Translations under genes and position numbers: made by a program
Shown here: one piece after another, positions 11,641 through 21,600 of the stretch
Numbering within the stretch: the stretch's first letter is position 1
Layout of the letters: every line of letters begins with the position of its first letter
The notes under the pieces: model-generated
Told to the model about the DNA's origin: nothing
Seen by the model: the letters and a program-made list of their open reading frames with translations, nothing else
Database searches by the model: none
DNA from: an uncultured Gammaproteobacteria bacterium
GTDB taxonomy: Bacteria; Patescibacteriota; Patescibacteriia; SG8-24
DNA: 64,000 nt
NCBI GenBank assembly: GCA_964407925.1
Contig: CAYOXM010000004.1
Coordinates: 12,389 to 76,388 of the forward strand
Direction of reading: 5' to 3'

Positions 11641-11664
11641 CCGGTCCAAAATCCGACGAGCGGA

Positions 11665-12147
11665 TTATTGGATGCCGTTCGGGGTCGCCGTGTGCACGCC
11701 GGCAACGAGGTCGCCGACAGCGCCTCCGAGGCAGAACGCGACCGTATACGTGGTACACGGGGCGGTCGTGCAGGAGTTGAACATGTACGGGTTCGTCGTC
11801 GTGGTGCACGTGCCGTCAAACGGCGTCGGCTTCGCGGGGACCAGACCCATGTAGGTCGTGTCGCCCGAGGCGCACGTGGCCTTCCAGCCGCCGTTCGAGC
11901 AGAGGGCCTTGTAGCTGCCCTGACCGAGTTCCTGCGCTGACGCCACGGCAGGATAGCCGTTCGCATCCGCGAAGTAGAGTTCGAGCGCCGTCTGGATCTG
12001 CTTGACGTCGGCGACGCGCTTCGAGTCGCGCGACTTCTGGCGCGCGCTGTTCAAGGCGACGACGGCGAGCGTCGAAAGCAGGCCGATGATGGCGATGACC
12101 ACCAAGAGCTCGATGAGCGTGAAGCCCTTTTGATTAGATTTCGTCAT
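11665..12147 (-). CDS. pilA: type IV major pilin paralog 2 (PilA-like), 160 aa
   Basis: MTKSNQKG|FTLIELLVVIAIIGLL...; ~55 N-terminal codons are nucleotide-identical to paralog 1. Strong SD (GGGAGGTG) and sigma70-like promoter upstream. Confidence 0.9.
   Translation of the reverse strand: MTKSNQKGFTLIELLVVIAIIGLLSTLAVVALNSARQKSRDSKRVADVKQIQTALELYFADANGYPAVASAQELGQGSYKALCSNGGWKATCASGDTTYMGLVPAKPTPFDGTCTTTTNPYMFNSCTTAPCTTYTVAFCLGGAVGDLVAGVHTATPNGIQ
11973..12123 (-). repeat. ~150-nt near-identical segment (copy in pilin paralog 2)
   Basis: See 11348..11498; direct repeat spacing ~625 nt. Confidence 0.75.
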
Positions 12148-12176
12148 AGTTTCACCTCCCTTACGTTACTTAGGAT

Positions 12177-12193
12177 CTCCCTGATATCAGGAG
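12177..12193 (-). promoter_or_regulatory. palindrome CTCC(C)TGATATCAGGAG in the pilin paralog 2 5' UTR
   Basis: Near-perfect 17-bp inverted repeat centred on GATATC, between the -10 box and the SD. Confidence 0.4.
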
Positions 12194-12243
12194 CCTAAGA
12201 GCGCGGACAAGGTCGCCCTTATCCACATTATTTAGGCTTACCA

Positions 12244-12272
12244 ACTATACCACAGAACGCGCCCTCAAACAA
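12244..12272 (-). promoter_or_regulatory. sigma70-like promoter of pilin paralog 2 (TTGTTT-17-TATAGT)
   Basis: Minus strand: TTGTTT (12267-12272), 17-nt spacer, TATAGT (12244-12249); strong SD GGGAGGTG 6 nt before the ATG at 12147. Confidence 0.55.
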
Positions 12273-12294
12273 AGCGAAAGGGTCAAGCCTCGCC

Positions 12295-13503
12295 CTAGAA
12301 ATTCGAGGCGAGGTTGTACATCGGCAGGATGATCGCCGCGACCATGATGCCCACCGCGAGACCCATGACGAGCATGATAAGCGGTTCGATGGCCGAGACG
12401 AGATTCGAAACGCTGTTCTGCAATTCGCGCGAGTAAAAGCTGGTCAGGCGCTCGAGCACCTCGCCGAGCCGGCCCGTTTCCTCGCCGACGGACATCATCT
12501 GCGGAATCATGCCCGGCACCGATTTCTCCCTGAAAAAGACGGTCGTGATCGAATTGCCGTCAGAAACCTCCTTTTTCGTCTCGAGCAGCTGCCGCTTGTA
12601 GTAATCGTTACCCACGATGTCCGCGCAAATCTCTATGCTCGACGGAATGTCGACGCCGCCGGAAAGCAGAGTGGACATGCTCCGCGTCATGCGAACGATG
12701 TAGATTTTTTCGAGCAGGTCGCCGAAGACCGGGATTTTGAGCTTGGCGCGATCCCACAGGGAACGGCCGGTCGGCGTATTCGTCCACCACCGGAATGCCG
12801 CGCCGCCGAGGAACGCGCCGATGACGATCTGGATGGCGAATTTCTGGAAAAACTTGCTCGTCCCGATGAGCAGCCGCGTCGTCCATGGCAGCGCCGCGCC
12901 GGACTCCGAAAGCACCGCGGTGAGTTTCGGAACGACGAACGTCATCATGACGAAGCCGACGATGACGAGGCCGATGATGATGAAGATCGGGTAAATCATA
13001 GCGCCCTTGATCTGCGTCATCAGGTCGTAGTCGCGCTCCATCTGGTCGGCGAGGTAGTTCATCACGTCCTCGAGACGACCCGTCGTTTCGCCCGAGCGGA
13101 TCATGTTCACGAAGAACGCGGAAAACGCCTTCGGGTGCTTCGCCATCGCCATGGAAAGCGACGTGCCCGACTCAACCTCGTTCGCGACGTCGGCGACGAT
13201 GCCGTTCAGCTTCCTGTTCTGGGTCTGCTTCGCGACCGTCTTGAGCGCTTGGACGATCGGCACCTTCGCGCCCATGAGCACGGAAAACTGACGCGAAAAA
13301 ATGACGATGTCCTTGATCGGGATGCTGTTGAAGAACGGAAGCTCCTTTTCAAAAAGGACCTTTTCCTGATGCTCCTCGATGGAGAGCACGAAAAGGCCCT
13401 TGTCCTTCAGGGTGTCGGTCGCGATGTCCAGGGTATCCGCCTCGACCGCGCCTTGGAGCGCGTTGCCTGCGGCGTCCCGGGCGCGGTAATCGTAGCGCGG
13501 CAT
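12295..13503 (-). CDS. pilC: type IV pilus assembly platform protein PilC (GspF family)
   Basis: 402-aa protein with duplicated GspF domains and three TM segments. Confidence 0.9.
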   Translation of the reverse strand: MPRYDYRARDAAGNALQGAVEADTLDIATDTLKDKGLFVLSIEEHQEKVLFEKELPFFNSIPIKDIVIFSRQFSVLMGAKVPIVQALKTVAKQTQNRKLNGIVADVANEVESGTSLSMAMAKHPKAFSAFFVNMIRSGETTGRLEDVMNYLADQMERDYDLMTQIKGAMIYPIFIIIGLVIVGFVMMTFVVPKLTAVLSESGAALPWTTRLLIGTSKFFQKFAIQIVIGAFLGGAAFRWWTNTPTGRSLWDRAKLKIPVFGDLLEKIYIVRMTRSMSTLLSGGVDIPSSIEICADIVGNDYYKRQLLETKKEVSDGNSITTVFFREKSVPGMIPQMMSVGEETGRLGEVLERLTSFYSRELQNSVSNLVSAIEPLIMLVMGLAVGIMVAAIILPMYNLASNF

Positions 13504-13537
13504 GATTCCTCCCCTCCTGCGGACCGGCGGCCCTTCG

Positions 13538-13924
13538 TTAAGCGATCTTGAGCACCTTCTTGATCTTGTCGACCGCCTCGGCGGGCACGAAATGCGCCTT
13601 GATGAGGTAGTCCACGGCGCCGTCCTGCAGGCCCTTCTCGATGTCTTCCTTCTGGCCGAGGTTGGTGAGCATGATGACCGGGATGTTCTTGGTCGTCTCC
13701 TGCTGCTTCAGTTGCCGAAGCGCCTCGAACCCGTCGAGCTTGGGCATGAGCACGTCGAGCAGGATGAGGTCCGGCAGCTCTTTAAGCGCGGCCTTGACGC
13801 CCTCCTCCCCGTCACGCGCGGTCACGACGGCGAATCCTTCGATTTCGAGCTTGGTCGCGTAAATGCCGGACAGGAACGAGTCGTCATCCACGATGAGCAC
13901 TTTCGCTTTTACGGCGTCTGCCAT
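13538..13924 (-). CDS. single-domain response regulator receiver (CheY/PilH-like)
   Basis: 128 aa; 'KVLIVDDD', 'DLILLDVLMP', 'IPVIMLTN' receiver motifs; no output domain. Embedded between pilB and pilC. Confidence 0.85.
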   Translation of the reverse strand: MADAVKAKVLIVDDDSFLSGIYATKLEIEGFAVVTARDGEEGVKAALKELPDLILLDVLMPKLDGFEALRQLKQQETTKNIPVIMLTNLGQKEDIEKGLQDGAVDYLIKAHFVPAEAVDKIKKVLKIA

Positions 13925-13946
13925 ACGTCATGCGTTCTTTAATCGC

Positions 13947-15698
13947 TCATTCAGCGGTTATTCTGAGCACTTCCTCTATTGTAGTCGAACCCTCCAATGC
14001 CTTCAAGAGGCCGTCCTGCCGCAAGGTGATCGCCCCCTGCCGAACGAGCTGCTCCTTCACCTTGTCCATGGGGAACCCTTGGCTGATGAGCAGTCGCAGG
14101 TCGTCTCCGTACACGATCATCTCGGCGACGGCGACGCGGCCGACGTAGCCGGAGTCGCCGCAACGGACGCAGCCGCGGCCCTTGTGGACGGTCAGCTGCG
14201 GTGCGGCGATGTTCGCGGCGAGCGCGGCCTTGTAGGCCTCGGGAATCGCCGCAAGTTCCTCGCGGACCCGCTTTTCCATCTCCGGCGGCAACGTCGCCGT
14301 CCCCTTGCACCGTTCGCAGATTTTACGCGCGAGACGCTGGGCGATGGCGACGTTCAGCGTCGCGGAAAGCAGGAACGGCTCGACGTGCATGTCGGTCAGG
14401 CGCGGCACCACGCCGAGCGCGTCGTTCGTGTGGAGCGTCGAGAAGATGAGGTGGCCCGTGAGCGCGGCGTGAATGGCGAGCTCGCCGGTCTCGCCGTCAC
14501 GGATTTCGCCGACCATGATGATGTTCGGGTCCTGACGGAGGAGCGCGCGGAGGCCCGTGGCGAAGGTGTACCCGACTTCGTGCCGTATCTGCGACTGGTT
14601 CACGCCCTTGATGTAGTACTCGACCGGGTCCTCGAGGGTCGAGATGTTCACGCCTTCCTCGTTCCGCATGCTGAGGATGGTGAGGAGCGACGTCGATTTT
14701 CCCGAGCCGGTCGGACCGGTGATGAGGAAGATGCCATGCGGCTTGCGAATCTCCTCCTTGATGACCTGGATGTACTCCTTGCGGAAACCGAGCTGCTCGA
14801 GCGTCGGCACGCCGCGCGTCGTGTCGAGGATGCGCATCACCACCTTCTCGGTGTCGGAAAGCGGCATCGTCGATACGCGGAAGTCGATCACCTTGCCGTT
14901 GAAACTTTCGGTGATGCGGCCGTCCTGCGGCACGCGCGTCTCGTCGAGCTTGAGGTTCGCGAGCACCTTGATGCGCGACACGATGGACGGGTGGATGTAC
15001 TTCGGCAGCGTGAGCGAGGTGCGCAGTACGCCGTCGACGCGGTAGCGGACCCGCGTGTCGTCGCCGAACGGCTCGATGTGGATGTCCGAAGCGTTGCCGT
15101 CGACGGCGTGCCGCAGGATGACGGAGACGATGCGCGACACCGGCGCGCCCTTGATGGTCTCCTCGAGCTTCTCGCCCGAAACCGGCTCGACCTTCTTCTC
15201 GGGAACGAATTTCTCCTTCGCGACGGCGAGCGCGCCCTCGACCTCCTTGCCGATTTCCGCGTACTTCTTGAGCGCCGCGTTGAACGAGGCGTTGGAAATG
15301 ATGTGGTACTTCGGACGGAATCCTGCGGTCTGCGCCAAAAAGTCGATGGAGCTCGCGGCCTGCGAATCGCGCGGATCGACCATGCCGACGTGCACGCCCT
15401 CGTCGTCGCGATCGAACGCCACGGCCTTGTTCGTCTCGGCGACGGTCTTCGGGATCAGGTTCAGCACCGCCGCGGCGACGGACTTTCCCGTCAGTTCCGC
15501 GTAGGGCACGCCGAGGACCGTCCCGCGCGCCTTGGCGAGAAATTCCTCATCGACGAGCTTTTTCGCAAGCAAAAGCTCGTCGACCGGGCGACCGGACGCG
15601 GCAATCTCCTCTTGGACGGCCTTCGCCTGCTCGACGGTGATGCGTCCGGCATCGAGCAGGATCTCCAGCAATTCGGTTGACGGGTTGGGCATTGCCAT
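13947..15698 (-). CDS. pilB: type IV pilus assembly ATPase PilB (GspE family)
   Basis: 583 aa; Walker A 'GPTGSGKST', Asp box, His box, tetracysteine motif (CERCK...CVRCG). Confidence 0.95.
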   Translation of the reverse strand: MAMPNPSTELLEILLDAGRITVEQAKAVQEEIAASGRPVDELLLAKKLVDEEFLAKARGTVLGVPYAELTGKSVAAAVLNLIPKTVAETNKAVAFDRDDEGVHVGMVDPRDSQAASSIDFLAQTAGFRPKYHIISNASFNAALKKYAEIGKEVEGALAVAKEKFVPEKKVEPVSGEKLEETIKGAPVSRIVSVILRHAVDGNASDIHIEPFGDDTRVRYRVDGVLRTSLTLPKYIHPSIVSRIKVLANLKLDETRVPQDGRITESFNGKVIDFRVSTMPLSDTEKVVMRILDTTRGVPTLEQLGFRKEYIQVIKEEIRKPHGIFLITGPTGSGKSTSLLTILSMRNEEGVNISTLEDPVEYYIKGVNQSQIRHEVGYTFATGLRALLRQDPNIIMVGEIRDGETGELAIHAALTGHLIFSTLHTNDALGVVPRLTDMHVEPFLLSATLNVAIAQRLARKICERCKGTATLPPEMEKRVREELAAIPEAYKAALAANIAAPQLTVHKGRGCVRCGDSGYVGRVAVAEMIVYGDDLRLLISQGFPMDKVKEQLVRQGAITLRQDGLLKALEGSTTIEEVLRITAE

Positions 15699-15705
15699 AA
15701 CGTCT

Positions 15706-15999
15706 TTACCGCTGCGCCTCGCTCACGAAAGGGTTCGGGGACCCGGCGCCGCCGAGCGCGCGGACGGGAACGTCGCCGAACTGCTTGAGCGACTTATATT
15801 CGATGCGGTCGTAAATCTTGTCCTCGAGCGTCGTCGGCAAGGACAGCCGCGGCGAGCTCGGCGGCAGGGCCGCGTCGTCTCCGCTCGCCCGCGGGAGCAG
15901 CTTGTCTCGATAAAAATACAGCAGGACGACGACGATGATCGCGAGGATCGCGCCGAGGGCGAGGACTTGCTGCTGTTCTTTTTTCATCTTCATAGGCAT
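15706..15999 (-). CDS. small single-TM pilus-locus protein (PilP-like?)
   Basis: ORF 15706..16128; plausible start MPMKMKKEQQQ followed by a TM helix; start abuts the pilO stop. The upstream part of the ORF is R-rich noise. Confidence 0.5.
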   Translation of the reverse strand: MPMKMKKEQQQVLALGAILAIIVVVLLYFYRDKLLPRASGDDAALPPSSPRLSLPTTLEDKIYDRIEYKSLKQFGDVPVRALGGAGSPNPFVSEAQR

Positions 16000-16003
16000 C
16001 GGA

Positions 16004-16597
16004 TCACGGAGCCGGCGGCGGCGCGGCAGCCGCGTCGAGGTAATACGCGCGGAGGACGAGGCCGTAGTTGCCGCTCCCCGGAGTGAACACCACGGCCTGC
16101 ACGTCGAACACGCGGAGCGAACGCTCAAGGTCCATGAGGAAAAGCTTGAACTGTTCGTACGTCCCGCCCACGACGTTCACCGCCGAACGCACGGCGCGCC
16201 GGCCCGTCGGCGACATGACCTTCTCGTCAGGCACGGCGTCGACGGATACGAGCACGAGGTCGTGCGCCCGCGCGAGCGCGTCGAGCTGGACATAGATGTC
16301 AGGCACCCCCGGCTGGAGCGGAACGATAGCCTGCAGCTTCTCCTTCCTTTCGGGATTCAGCTTCTTGAACGTCTGCGCCGACGCGACAATCTGCTTCAGG
16401 TAGGCTTCGTCGTCGGCAATACGCTGCTCGATGGCCTTCGTGTCCAGTGAGCCTCCGGCCAAGAGCGGCCCGATTTTCGGCATGAAAAGCAAGAAGTACG
16501 CGGCGGCGAGATACGCGATCGCAAGCACGGCCGTGATGGCGGGCAGCGCCTTCACGAGTCCTTCCTTCGCCATTGGCTTGTTCTGGGTCTGCGCCAT
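16004..16597 (-). CDS. pilO: PilO-like pilus assembly membrane protein
   Basis: 197 aa, N-terminal TM then coiled-coil/periplasmic domain. Position between the pilN-like gene and pilB. Confidence 0.6.
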   Translation of the reverse strand: MAQTQNKPMAKEGLVKALPAITAVLAIAYLAAAYFLLFMPKIGPLLAGGSLDTKAIEQRIADDEAYLKQIVASAQTFKKLNPERKEKLQAIVPLQPGVPDIYVQLDALARAHDLVLVSVDAVPDEKVMSPTGRRAVRSAVNVVGGTYEQFKLFLMDLERSLRVFDVQAVVFTPGSGNYGLVLRAYYLDAAAAPPPAP

Positions 16598-16600
16598 AGG

Positions 16601-17473
16601 TCAGGGCGTCGATGACGAGCCGCCTTCCGCAGTGCCGCCGGCAGCCGGAACGACGGCCGAATCTTCGGCATCAGGCACGACGTTATCCTGCGGTTGCACG
16701 GGCGCGGGGTTCGGCGTCGGCGACGCGGTGGCGGCGGGAACCGCCGTCACCGACCCCGCGACCTTCTTCCAGACTTCCGGTTTTAACCGGAGGACGAGCG
16801 TGAAGGAAACGCCGGTGACTTCCCCCGTCTCGTTGACGCGCGCCGACGCGGACGACGTGCGGACGTCGGCGACGTTCGGATCCTCGCGGAACTGCACGAT
16901 CTGCTCGGCGACGTCACGATACGTCAGGCCGACGGCATCGACGGTCACCGTGCCGGTGTCGGCATCGCCGCTGAAGTTGAGGTATTTCACGGACGGAATG
17001 GTCTTCTTCTCGAGGAACGCGAAGAAGCTCGACCACGAGACGCGCCGGTCAAGCGCCTCGCCGGCAGCGGCGACCTGCGCCTGATACGCGACGACGTCCT
17101 TCGCCGCCGCCTCCTCCTTGGCGATGCTCTTCGCGAGCGCCTCGACCTTCGCGACGAGCTCGTCGCGATTGCCGGTCCGGGAAGAAAGGGTCTTATTCAC
17201 GTAAAAGTACGCCCCGAGGATGACCGCCGTCTCGATGACGAGGACGAGTGCCAGCGCGAGCAGCCGCTTGCCGGGGTCGGCCTGTTTCTTGCCCTCGAGC
17301 TCGCTCGGCATGAGCGAGACGCGCAAACCGGAAAACACGCCTCCGGACGACGCGGGAGCCGTCCCGGACGCCTTGGCAGCGCCCGGTTTCGCGGCGGCGG
17401 GGACGTACGACTCCATCCCCTCCTCGCCCGGTTTCGATCCGGACCCCGGTTTTCCGCCGTCCAAAAGGCTCAT
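16601..17473 (-). CDS. pilN: PilN-like pilus assembly membrane protein
   Basis: 290 aa; low-complexity cytoplasmic N-terminus, single TM (LLALALVLVIETAVILGAYFYV), Ala/Thr/Pro-rich C-terminal tail. Immediately downstream of pilM. Confidence 0.6.
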   Translation of the reverse strand: MSLLDGGKPGSGSKPGEEGMESYVPAAAKPGAAKASGTAPASSGGVFSGLRVSLMPSELEGKKQADPGKRLLALALVLVIETAVILGAYFYVNKTLSSRTGNRDELVAKVEALAKSIAKEEAAAKDVVAYQAQVAAAGEALDRRVSWSSFFAFLEKKTIPSVKYLNFSGDADTGTVTVDAVGLTYRDVAEQIVQFREDPNVADVRTSSASARVNETGEVTGVSFTLVLRLKPEVWKKVAGSVTAVPAATASPTPNPAPVQPQDNVVPDAEDSAVVPAAGGTAEGGSSSTP

Positions 17474-17483
17474 GGCACGTTGG

Positions 17484-18584
17484 TCATTCGATATCGCGCA
17501 TCGCGAGGCCGACCGTCACCGCGAAGCGCGGGCCGATCTCGTCGAGCACCGGCCGGAGTTCGTCGGAATACACGACGCGCGCCCAAGGGTCGCCGACGTA
17601 CGTCTTGGTGTTCAGCTGCTTCGCGAAAAAGCTCGCGAGCGCGGGAAGCGCCGACGCGCCGCCGGTGAGGATGATTTTCTCAATCGACTTGCCGGTCGAC
17701 TCACCGCCCTGGCCGCCGACGTACAGGTTCATCGAGTACTGCAGTTCGGTGAGCATCGGCGCGATGGCGGCCTCGAAAATCTTGGGAAGGCCCTCGCCGG
17801 GATACAGCGTCGAGACGCTCTTGATGTCGCACTTCATCTGTTCCGCCGCCTTCAGGTCCATCGAGAGCGTCTTCGCCATCGCGCGCGTGAGCGTCGCGCC
17901 GCCCATGTCGAGGCTGCGCGTGACGTACGGGATGCCGTTTTCGACGATGATGATGTTCGTCCGGACGGCGCCGACGTCGACGATCATCGAGGTCGCGCGG
18001 TCCTTGCCGATGAGCGAACGGATGAGCGCGAACGTCTCCGTCTCGAGGCTGACGAGCTCGAGGCCGGCCTGCTTGAAGACGGCGACGTACTTTTGCACCA
18101 TCGTCTTCGACGCTCCGGTAATCAGCACCTGCACCGTCTTCGGTTCGTCCTTCTTGTCCTTGTCCGCCGGCTTCGCGGCCTTGGCCTTCTCGCCGGGCGC
18201 GGTGATCGGCTTGAAGTCGAGCACCATCTCCTCAAGCGGCACGGGGATGAGCTTCTTGGCCTGCCACTGGATCGCCTCGCGAAGCTCCTTTTCGTTGCCC
18301 TTCGGCACGGTGATGACCGAACTGAAAACGGAAGCGATCGGCAAGCCCGCGATGGTACGCATCGTGCTCGTCTTCGCGCGCTGGACGATCTTGCGGAGCA
18401 GGTCAGCCGTTTCCTTCGGGGAATCGACGAGATTCACGGGCTGAACGTCGGGCATCCGTTCGGTGAAGCCGTACGTATGCAAACGCGCCCTCCCTTTCTC
18501 GTTCTGGAGCTCGACCAACTTCACGCCACCGGCGCCCAAGTCGACACCGAGATAGCTTTGCTTCTTAGGGCCGAAAAGTCCCAT
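17484..18584 (-). CDS. pilM: type IV pilus assembly protein PilM (actin-like ATPase fold)
   Basis: 366 aa; 'YLGVDLGAGGVKLVEL' sugar-kinase/actin-fold N-terminus typical of PilM. Confidence 0.85.
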   Translation of the reverse strand: MGLFGPKKQSYLGVDLGAGGVKLVELQNEKGRARLHTYGFTERMPDVQPVNLVDSPKETADLLRKIVQRAKTSTMRTIAGLPIASVFSSVITVPKGNEKELREAIQWQAKKLIPVPLEEMVLDFKPITAPGEKAKAAKPADKDKKDEPKTVQVLITGASKTMVQKYVAVFKQAGLELVSLETETFALIRSLIGKDRATSMIVDVGAVRTNIIIVENGIPYVTRSLDMGGATLTRAMAKTLSMDLKAAEQMKCDIKSVSTLYPGEGLPKIFEAAIAPMLTELQYSMNLYVGGQGGESTGKSIEKIILTGGASALPALASFFAKQLNTKTYVGDPWARVVYSDELRPVLDEIGPRFAVTVGLAMRDIE

Positions 18585-18681
18585 AGTTTCGTACCGTTCT
18601 CCGCTGATGAGTTACCACCTTAGAGTATACACTTTTTTGAGCCCGACGGGAACGACGCCGCCTTAAACGGTGGAAAACCCC

Positions 18682-21600
18682 CTATTGCGGCGCCGAATCG
18701 GCGAAAATAGGCAGAGTTTTGGTCACGTCGCCGAATCCCGGGGGCGGGTTCACGACCGCCCGACCGTCATACACGAACTGCTCCGAACCCTGCGTGACGC
18801 TCTTGTAGGAACGGCTCAGGTGGAACTGCCGCGCGACGATGAGGCCGTGGAGCGTGAACGGATCGGGACTGTCCGAGAGCGGCGGAGCGACGCTCCAAAA
18901 ACCGTCATCGCCGCCGACGTAGAACGCGCCGACGAGGTTCTTGACGGACCCGTCGACGTAGACGTTGCCTTTGGCGTTCGACCCGTCGTCGACGACGATC
19001 CACCCGAGCGACGCCAACTGACGGAGATCGGTGACGGTCGAGGTGTCGTAGAGGAAATCGCCGTTGACGTAGAGATTGCCGCCGTCGACGAATACCGTGC
19101 CGTTCCCCTTCGTGCCGTCGTTGTAAATCGTATGCGCGCCCACCGTGGCGTCGCCGACGACGCGGAAGACCTTCCCGCCCAGCCGGTTCGAGTAGGAATT
19201 GAGCGTCGCGTCGAGCTGGCCGGGAGGGACGTCGATGACCGTGCCGAACTTTCCGGCGCGAAGGCCGGCGAGGTCGAGCTTGCCGAGAACGGACGAGTAC
19301 GCGTTGCCCGATTTCGGCCGATCGAACTTCACCGTCGCGTTCGGTCCGGCGGCGCCGGCTGCGGCGAGCGCGTCACAGGTCTGCGCGCTGTTGAAGTTGA
19401 TGATCACGTCCTTCGCGGTGACGCAGAACGTGGCGTTGTACTGGTTCGCCGGCGGGACGTCCGGCGCGGTGATGCGCTTCTTTGAGAAGACGTTGCCCTG
19501 CAGCGTCTGGAGCCACGGGTAGAGCAGGTTTTCGCAGCGGTTTGCCCCGGTGCAGGCGGGAGACCCCATCACGTCCGTGCAATCGACGTCACGCTTGCAC
19601 TTCTTGATACCGTCCTGACACAACCCGTAGCCCGGGAAGCCCGGCGCGGTGCCGCCGTCCGTGCACTGCGTGTCATCGAAGCAGACCTGGCCGCCGATGG
19701 TGCAGAGCCCCCACGCCGGCTCGCAAACCTGCGGATCAACGTGGTCGGGCGGCAAGAGCGAATAATCCATGCCGATCGACGGGCCGGGACAGGGGTAATC
19801 GCACACTTCGTCGGAATCGCACTCGCAGACGATTTCGGTATCGATCCTGCACCGGCCGTACTGCTTGTTCGGTTCGCAGACGTCGCCCACGCCGTTCGCG
19901 TTCGCGTCCGTCTGGGAGGCGTTCGGCAGGCCAACGCAGTTATCGCACGCCTTCGGCGACGTGGAGTACACGGTCGTATAGAGCCCTTCGGAGGCGCCAT
20001 CAAGGTCAAAATCGGCGTAGGCGCAACCGTTTCCGGGATCCGGGTCGCCGGGACCGGGGACGTCGTTACAGACGAAAATCGCCTTGCGGTTCGACTCCAC
20101 GGTGTCGCCGTCGCTGTCGCGGACGCCGACTGTCACGTAATACATCCCGTCTGGAATGGCAGTCGGAAGCGACACCTCCGCCTGGCACTGCATGGTATTG
20201 CCCGTACCGCCGCCAATCAGCCCGACGAACGTCGCGGTCGGCGGTGGGACGGGTCCGGGCGGACCGCCGACGACGACGCCTGCCGGCGTACGAACGTACA
20301 CCTCGCACGGCTGGTTGAATGAGTCACCGGGTGCGGTAATGAAGTTTGCCGAAACGGTCGTCTTTAGATTACCCGTGCGGAAAAACGGCTTGCCGGGGGT
20401 GACCGTCAGGGCCGAGGTCAGCGCCGGCGTGAGGTTCACGGAAAACGCGGGCGCGGAAAAATACGCGCCGAGGTTGCCAGCGCCGTCCTCCGCGCGCGCC
20501 TGAATCGTCAGCGCCATATCGCTCGGAAACAGGAGGGGTGCCGTGAGGCAATCGGGTCCTGTCGGAAAAACGGTGCCGTTGATCTTCACGTCACAGCGGC
20601 AAATGCCCGACGAAAGGGGCGGCGCTCCCCCGGGATCGGTCGGGACCCCCCGAAACATCCGCATTTGCTGCGAGAGTGACGGGGCGACGCCATAGGGGAC
20701 GCGTATCGTGCCGCCCATGGCGGCTTCCGGTTCGACTTCGATGACCGTCGGGACCGTACTCTCGTACAAGGTAGTCGAAAAATTCACGTCGCCATATTCC
20801 GCGACGTCACCGGGCTGCTTGAGCATCGAAATGCTGATCGGGTAGTTCTTCGTCGCCGCGGGAGTCGCGGGCGTGGCGCAGGTCAGCGTGACGTCGAACG
20901 GTCCGAAATTCCCGCCCGGCGTGTTGTAGATCTGCACGGCGTGGCCGGCGACGGCGAGGAAGGTCAGCCGCGCGTGCGGCAGCCCCGTGACCGAATCCAG
21001 GAGCGTGCAGGTCGGGTTCGCCGCGGCGTACGGGTAATACTTCGCCGCGTCGGTGTTGTCGCCGACGATGATCGTAACCGAAGAATACGTCCCTGACCCG
21101 GTGAACCGGAGCACGTCGGTCGAAGACACGTGCGCAGCGACGCGGACGGTCGCGAGGACGGTGGGATTGTTGCTCGTGAACGCGGTCGGCGCGGTCGAGC
21201 GCGGCACGACCTGGCACGTCGCGTTCGTCCAATTCTTCGGCGCGCAGGTACCGACGCCCCAGCAGCTCGAGTCCGCGCAGTCGATCGCCGCATCCCCGTC
21301 GTTGTCCTTGCCGTCACCGCAGGACGATTCTCCCGCCGGCTGACAGGCCTGCAGCTCGGGACCGAGACTGCCCGCGCACTGGGAGTCCGCGCAATCGACC
21401 TTGGCGTCCGAGTCGTTGTCGAAGCCGTCGCCGCACTCGTCGTTCGTGTCCTCCGCCGTCGCGCACATCGCCGCATGCCCGAGACTGCCGAGGTTAGGCC
21501 TGTTCGCCGCCCCCGCGTCGGCGGCGCAGTCCGTCACGTCCGCGCAGTCCTTGATGACGTCAGTGTCGTTGTCGCTGCCGTCGGCGCAAGAATCGTACGT

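Noticed and set aside
11544-11966. N-terminal 141 codons of ORF 11046..11966 upstream of the pilin Met
   Set aside because: R/P/S/T-rich noise spanning the inter-pilin terminator and promoter; the class III signal peptide begins at the internal Met (11543).
13863-15680. 605-aa plus-strand ORF antisense to pilB
   Set aside because: R/D/E/G-rich noise frame; pilB on the opposite strand carries Walker and GspE motifs.
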